A stretch of DNA of 64,000 bases from assembly GCA_030445695.1 (NCBI GenBank), contig JASUTF010000001.1, positions 882 to 64,881 of the forward strand. Reading direction: 5' to 3'. Positions 59,261 through 64,000 of this stretch are shown here, one piece after another. Under the pieces are notes generated by a model. The model did not search any database and had not been told where the DNA came from. It saw only the letters and a list, made by a program, of their open reading frames with translations. The position numbers and the translations under genes are program-made. Source of the DNA: Candidatus Iainarchaeum sp. (GTDB lineage Archaea > Iainarchaeota > Iainarchaeia > JAADDC01). Within the stretch, counting starts at the first letter, position 1. Each line of letters begins with the position of its first letter.

Positions 59261-59521
59261 TTATATATCGTGCTTGTTAGTCCTGAGCCGAATAACTGCC
59301 CAGATTGCAAAGAGCCAGAACAGCAGTAGTTCGGCGATGCAGTTGGGGCTGTTCAAATCGCAGGAGAGGCAGGACGCCCTGAACGTTATACAGTGAATGA
59401 TAAATAGCGTCACGATGCCTGCCACTGGAATGATAAGGTCCTTTTTGCCGCTCTCAATCACTGCACGAATCAGAACGTAACCGAGACCGAGCGCAATGGC
59501 CAGATGGAAGAGGAAGAGCAT
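59261..59521 (-). CDS. Small three-TM protein with a Cys-rich loop
   Basis: HCITFRASCLSCDLNSPNC between TM helices; start overlaps the CcdA-like stop. Confidence 0.65.
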   Translation of the reverse strand: MLFLFHLAIALGLGYVLIRAVIESGKKDLIIPVAGIVTLFIIHCITFRASCLSCDLNSPNCIAELLLFWLFAIWAVIRLRTNKHDI

Positions 59522-60069
59522 CACGGCACCCACCTCCAGGACGCTCCGGCCAAGTACGCAAGGTAATAGCTCACCAGAACGAGGAGAAATACGGACGCGT
59601 GTTCAATCCACTTGCTCTTGCTCACAACAGTATTTACGCTCTTCAGTATAAAAGCGACCACTGCTATGGGCGTTACAATGCCCAGGGCAAAGAGGAAAGC
59701 GTTCGCAATTGCCGTCACCCAGCCGAAGGATGTTGTGGCAGTGGCCACGGCAAAGCCAATGGAGCAGGGCGACAGTGCCAGCCCGTAAAGCGCGCCGGAT
59801 GATGGAATTCCGAAGCTCTTGCCTGTATATATGCTGTATGCCGAGTAGAACGTCACTCCCGCTGCGATGAGTAGGAGAATGGGCTGCAACCACTCGAAAT
59901 ACTGGTAAACCGCGGCGAAAAAGAGGTTGAGCAGTGCGAAGAGGAGGAACTGAGCCAGGAAGAACTCAGCAACGAATCTGTATTTGTTCTTTTTGCTAAC
60001 CAGAACGGCAAGCACGGGAAGAACACAGCCACTCAGACCCGCAAAGAATCCGTTTACGTAGGCGAGCAT
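59521..60069 (-). CDS. CcdA/DsbD-like transmembrane electron transfer protein
   Basis: GLSGCVLP and LSPCS Cys pair within about six TM helices. Confidence 0.75.
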   Translation of the reverse strand: MLAYVNGFFAGLSGCVLPVLAVLVSKKNKYRFVAEFFLAQFLLFALLNLFFAAVYQYFEWLQPILLLIAAGVTFYSAYSIYTGKSFGIPSSGALYGLALSPCSIGFAVATATTSFGWVTAIANAFLFALGIVTPIAVVAFILKSVNTVVSKSKWIEHASVFLLVLVSYYLAYLAGASWRWVP

Positions 60070-60506
60070 GTTCCCACCGTGTTGTCTTTGTTTACGGCAC
60101 AGCCGCTACCACTTATCCCCCACAGTTCTGTTTTTTCACCTGCCAGCGCCTGCTTTATCGTCTCGTAGTCCTGCTCACCTCTTAGTACCTTTCCTGTTTT
60201 CGTTATCACTAGGGTCGGAGTTTCCGTCACGTTGTATTTCTTTGTCAGTTCAGGATACTTGAACACGTTGAACGCGGAGACGGAAATACCCTCTGAAACG
60301 AGTTTCTGTATTGTGGGAATCTCTGCAATGCAGTGGGGGCACGTGGGTTGGTAGAACACAAGGATGTCAGCATTCTCATCCTTCGGTAGAAGTGCGTAAA
60401 ACATTGTGGAGTTCGCCAGACCCGCTGCAAAGGAGAGGATGAGTCCGACGCCGGCGAGAAGCATTATCCACCGCGGGCCCATCTCTGTGGACAGGGAGAA
60501 GTCCAT
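60054..60506 (-). CDS. Membrane-anchored thioredoxin-like protein
   Basis: TM, FYQPTCPHC, cis-Pro TPT, and a C-terminal extra Cys pair. Confidence 0.85.
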   Translation of the reverse strand: MDFSLSTEMGPRWIMLLAGVGLILSFAAGLANSTMFYALLPKDENADILVFYQPTCPHCIAEIPTIQKLVSEGISVSAFNVFKYPELTKKYNVTETPTLVITKTGKVLRGEQDYETIKQALAGEKTELWGISGSGCAVNKDNTVGTCSPT

Positions 60507-60558
60507 CAGAACTTTAACGGCGTTAATGGTTATAAAAGGTCATCTCCTTGCTTGTTCT

Positions 60559-61536
60559 GTGGGTATCCTTCGCTTTGATGACCTTGTTCATGGCGAGTTC
60601 GTTTCCCGTCCCAATCGTTTCCTTGCAGTCGTGCGGGTGGAAGGGGAAGAGAGAAAAGCCCACGTGCATGACCCCGGCCGATTGCCCGAGTTGCTCATTC
60701 CCGGTGCTCCTGTGCTTCTTCTCCCCAAGAAAGGGCCGAAAACGGACTTTCATCTAATCGCGGTTTACAGGGAGGGCTACGGATGGGTGTTCCTTCACTC
60801 GGGATACCACTCGCTCATCGCCCAGAAGCTCATCGAGTCCCGTTTTCTTCCCGAATTCAGGGACGCGGTGGCTTATGGCAAGGAGTTCAAGATTGACAAT
60901 CATCGCATCGACTTTGTCATCTCATACCACACGGGAGACGTTCTGATGGAGGTGAAGGGCTGTACATTCTTCAAGGACCGTCTCGCCCTCTTCCCCGACG
61001 CACCGACTAAGAGAGGAGCGGGGCACGTCAAGATACTTTCTGAGTACGGCGATTCCATCCTTTTGTTCCTCAGCATGAACGATAATGTTGATTACTTCGC
61101 CCCAAACGCTGATACGGACAAAATTTTCCACAAGGCGGTTCTCGAGGCGCTGGCAAAGGGCGTTCACGTTATTCCTGCCACTTTCTCCTTCGACGGGAGC
61201 ACACTTCGTCACGTGGACAGAATCCCCTTCGTTTCAGACCCGTACGACGACGAACTGTTCTCCCTGGCAAATATCGCGTCTGAAGCGGCAGAAGAATATA
61301 CAGAACGGTTCGGGCCGGAGGCCAACGCTGTTCTTGCGGGAGTTTCGCGGATAGGCGGTGTCCCGTATATCCATGTTGTTTTCTATGGGGTTTTCTGCCA
61401 ATCGTGCGGGCTGTATGACTATTTCGACGACTACGGATTAGTCCTTGGGGATTATGGTGTTCCTTCCGGGCCAGAAGACGTCAAACAGTTTGGAAATACG
61501 TACGTGGTTCGATTTAAGGTGAAAGAAGTTCAATAA
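60559..61536 (+). CDS. sfsA: SfsA nuclease-fold protein fused to a C-terminal CxxC domain
   Basis: RPNRF, HVHDPGRL.ELL.PG, RIDF, EVKG, FPDAPT.RG..H; extra domain containing FCQSCGLYDYFDD. Confidence 0.88.
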   Translation: MGILRFDDLVHGEFVSRPNRFLAVVRVEGEERKAHVHDPGRLPELLIPGAPVLLLPKKGPKTDFHLIAVYREGYGWVFLHSGYHSLIAQKLIESRFLPEFRDAVAYGKEFKIDNHRIDFVISYHTGDVLMEVKGCTFFKDRLALFPDAPTKRGAGHVKILSEYGDSILLFLSMNDNVDYFAPNADTDKIFHKAVLEALAKGVHVIPATFSFDGSTLRHVDRIPFVSDPYDDELFSLANIASEAAEEYTERFGPEANAVLAGVSRIGGVPYIHVVFYGVFCQSCGLYDYFDDYGLVLGDYGVPSGPEDVKQFGNTYVVRFKVKEVQ

Positions 61537-62242
61537 GTTCTTCTCCGGCATGTCCGAACGCTTTCTTTATTTTTTCATGGACTTCTGGGTTTCCGCTCAG
61601 TGCCGGCCAGAGGATGGAGTCGATGTGCAGCGGGGGCACTCCCGACTTTTTTGCCACCTCGTTCCAGAAGGGTATCGGCTTTCCTGCTCCGAGTTTCTCC
61701 GTGAACTTCTTGATTCTTGAGTCGACGGGGATTGGAATTTCAAAGGGATACGGAATGAACTTCCCATTGGCGATGCGCATGGCGTAGCCGAACATCTTGA
61801 CGGCGAAAACAGTGGTTTTCGTGTTTCTCGGCGTCCCGAGTATCTGTGCAAGGTCTTTCCAGAGCTGCACCATGTTCTCGTAGTATTTTTCTGGTCGCAT
61901 GGCCAGCAGGAAGTTTTCCATCTTCTCTAACCGCTTAACCTTTATGTTCGCGAGGCGTTTGTTGGTTCTGCTCTTCGGAAGGAACTCTGCGTACGCAGCG
62001 CTTAATCTCTCTGTGACTGGGTGCTCGGAGAACCAGCGTGCGAACTCCCACCACCACTCCTCGCCCTTCCCGGATAGCTGATAGGATACTAACGCGTTTG
62101 CAGTGACGAGGGGCACGAATGCTCTTTTGTCGTCCATCTTTTCGTAGAGAAACATCAGCGCTTGGAACTGCGGGTCGATGTGCTCTTCTATGTATCTCGC
62201 ACCGTCGACACCGATCTCTCCGATCACCCTTGCTATGTGCAC
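61514..62242 (-). CDS. Archaeal 8-oxoguanine N-glycosylase/lyase (AGOG)
   Basis: DPQF, NALVSYQLSGKGEEWWWEF, KTTVFAVKM, IPVDSR and PPLHIDSILW. Confidence 0.92.
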   Translation of the reverse strand: MHIARVIGEIGVDGARYIEEHIDPQFQALMFLYEKMDDKRAFVPLVTANALVSYQLSGKGEEWWWEFARWFSEHPVTERLSAAYAEFLPKSRTNKRLANIKVKRLEKMENFLLAMRPEKYYENMVQLWKDLAQILGTPRNTKTTVFAVKMFGYAMRIANGKFIPYPFEIPIPVDSRIKKFTEKLGAGKPIPFWNEVAKKSGVPPLHIDSILWPALSGNPEVHEKIKKAFGHAGEELIELLSP

Positions 62243-62296
62243 AATAACGCATACGTATAGAACCATTTTTTATTCAGGAATCTCTACTTTATACAT

Positions 62297-62644
62297 ATGG
62301 ACCGCTACCTTGTTGCTGCGGTTGCCCTTGGCGTTGCTCTTGTTCTGCTGGTTTTCACGGAGATGGCGTATCAAGTCCGCGATGCCGAAACAACGTCGTT
62401 CCAGACGCGAATGATCACGGTGCACTGCAAGACGGTCTTTGAGGCGAATGGATCACCGTTCCCTGGCGTTATGATCTACGGTGAGGGCAGCTCAATCTCT
62501 GACGGTAACGGGAACTGCACGGTTCAGGCAGAAGGTGACGGTTTCGTCCGGCTGATCGTGTATCCGCCAAACGGTGGCCAGAAGGTGGTAACGGTCCCTG
62601 TGTCTCCGGAAGAAACAGAAGTAAACGTTGTAATCCCGATCTGA
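62297..62644 (+). CDS. Membrane-anchored protein with a prealbumin/Ig-like domain
   Basis: N-terminal TM; G.P.PGV.I and SDGNG. Confidence 0.6.
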   Translation: MDRYLVAAVALGVALVLLVFTEMAYQVRDAETTSFQTRMITVHCKTVFEANGSPFPGVMIYGEGSSISDGNGNCTVQAEGDGFVRLIVYPPNGGQKVVTVPVSPEETEVNVVIPI

Positions 62645-62648
62645 CTGC

Positions 62649-63077
62649 TCATTTCAGCTCCTCCACCAGCACCGCAGGGCAGACGCGCATGACGCCCTCG
62701 ATGGACTCCAACTTCCGGACGAAGCGGACCATCTCGTCGCTGTCGTGGAACCAGCACTCGATCATGATCATGTGATCTCCCGTCGTGCTCTTCATTCTCT
62801 TGACCTCTGGCATGTTCTTGACCGTTTCTATGACCTTTACGTACTGCTCCGGCTCTATATCGAACCCGATCTCCGCCACGATCTTGTAGCCGATCCTTTT
62901 AGGATCTATTATTGCTCTGTACCCCTTGATTATGCCCTCCTCTTCCAGCTTCCTGACCCTTTTGCGCACTGCTGCCTCTGTAACGCCGAGACGGCGGGCG
63001 ATCTCCGTGTATGGCATCCTTGCGTCCTGCATGAGGAACTCAATGATTGCAAGATCTTTCTCCGATATTCGAACCAT
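62649..63077 (-). CDS. lrpA: Lrp/AsnC transcription regulator (LrpA-like)
   Basis: [22 protein letters not shown] and TGDHM..VCPA. Confidence 0.9.
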   Translation of the reverse strand: MVRISEKDLAIIEFLMQDARMPYTEIARRLGVTEAAVRKRVRKLEEEGIIKGYRAIIDPKRIGYKIVAEIGFDIEPEQYVKVIETVKNMPEVKRMKSTTGDHMIMIECWFHDSDEMVRFVRKLESIEGVMRVCPAVLVEELK

Positions 63078-63140
63078 GTTACAATTCGCATCGAACTGAA
63101 TTTAAAGGTTTTCGAACTTACTAATCGTGAGGTGATGAAC

Positions 63141-63800
63141 ATGGCAGAGATATACATTCCTGCTATCGGGGACAGGTTCCCTGAGCTTGAGGTCAACACG
63201 ACCCACGGCAAGATGAAGCTGCCCGACGCGTTCAAGGGCAAGTGGTTCGTACTGTTCTCCCACCCGGCGGACTTCACGCCTGTGTGCACCACGGAGTTCG
63301 TCGCGTTCCAGAAGCGTTACGACCAGTTCAAGGAGCTAAACACGGAGCTCATTGGCCTTTCCGTTGACCAGGTGTTCTCCCACATCAAGTGGGTTGAGTG
63401 GATAAAGGAGGAGCTTGGTGTCGAGATCCAGTTCCCCATAATCGCGGACGACATGGGCATCGTTGCTGAGACGCTCGGCATGATCCACCCGAACAAGGGC
63501 ACCAACACGGTCCGCGCGGTCTTCATCGTGGACGACAAAGGCATTATCCGTGCAATGTTCTACTACCCACAGGAGGCAGGGAGAAACGTCGACGAGATCC
63601 TCCGCCTCGTGAAGGCGCTCCAGACAGCAGACAAGTACGGCGTTGCAGCGCCCCACAAGTGGCCAGAGAACGAGATCATCGGCGACCACGTGATAATACC
63701 GCCTGCATCCAGCGTCCAGGAGAGGAAGAAGCGCGAGGAAGCGGCCAAGAAGGGCGAGATTGAGTGCTTCGACTGGTGGTTCTGCCACAAGAAGTTGTGA
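63141..63800 (+). CDS. Peroxiredoxin (archaeal Prx6 type)
   Basis: [14 protein letters not shown] and C-terminal CFDWWFC. Confidence 0.95.
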   Translation: MAEIYIPAIGDRFPELEVNTTHGKMKLPDAFKGKWFVLFSHPADFTPVCTTEFVAFQKRYDQFKELNTELIGLSVDQVFSHIKWVEWIKEELGVEIQFPIIADDMGIVAETLGMIHPNKGTNTVRAVFIVDDKGIIRAMFYYPQEAGRNVDEILRLVKALQTADKYGVAAPHKWPENEIIGDHVIIPPASSVQERKKREEAAKKGEIECFDWWFCHKKL

Positions 63801-63846
63801 GGGGTATTTACATACCCTTTCCCAATATTTTCATGAGGTGATTAAG

Positions 63847-64000
63847 ATGATGTCTGAGATCCCGAAAGGTTTTGACGAGGTTAAGAAGCAGGATAAGAAG
63901 ATGGCGGACGCCGAGCTCGTTCGCATTGGTCTGATCGCGGAACTCGACGCAGTCAGCTTGTATGAACAGCTTGCAGCGAGGGCCACCGACCCGCTCGTGA
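63847..64000 (+). CDS. Ferritin-like protein (rubrerythrin/encapsulin-cargo type), 3'-truncated
   Basis: LVRIGLIAELDAVSLYEQLA; SD GAGGTGA. Confidence 0.7.
   Translation, partial: MMSEIPKGFDEVKKQDKKMADAELVRIGLIAELDAVSLYEQLAARATDPLV

Overview
Archaeal genomic DNA, GC-rich and very gene-dense, with GGTGA/GGAGG Shine-Dalgarno motifs and TTTAAA-type TATA boxes. The gene content suggests a thermophilic, metabolically reduced lineage, probably DPANN. This is an inference from FtsZ, SMC, AGOG and Taw3, the missing DUF359 gene, and DPANN/CPR-like hypothetical proteins. About 1-34 kb is core informational machinery: AglB, eS26, Taw3, the L7Ae-to-Kae1 superoperon interrupted by a VapBC pair, SMC, ftsZ-secE-nusG-L11-L1-L10-L12, eL15 with RNase P proteins, eIF5A and MinD. 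About 34-47 kb holds a PPase, a pilin-like adhesin, repair genes, a MoxR/DUF58 locus, four tRNAs in total across the window, and a ~0.95 kb HicAB islet integrated at tRNA-Met. About 47-64 kb is an accessory metal/redox region. The best candidate for an undescribed system is a copper-associated operon at 54.4-56.8 kb. Two membrane-anchored proteins there, one a 55-aa ORF missed by the ORF track, end in the identical octapeptide LPGMVGGC encoded by synonymously diverged codons. They sit with CopG/DUF411, an HCPLC membrane protein, a membrane-anchored HTH regulator, a shared operator-like palindrome and a CopB ATPase. All family assignments come from motif recognition; no database searches were run.
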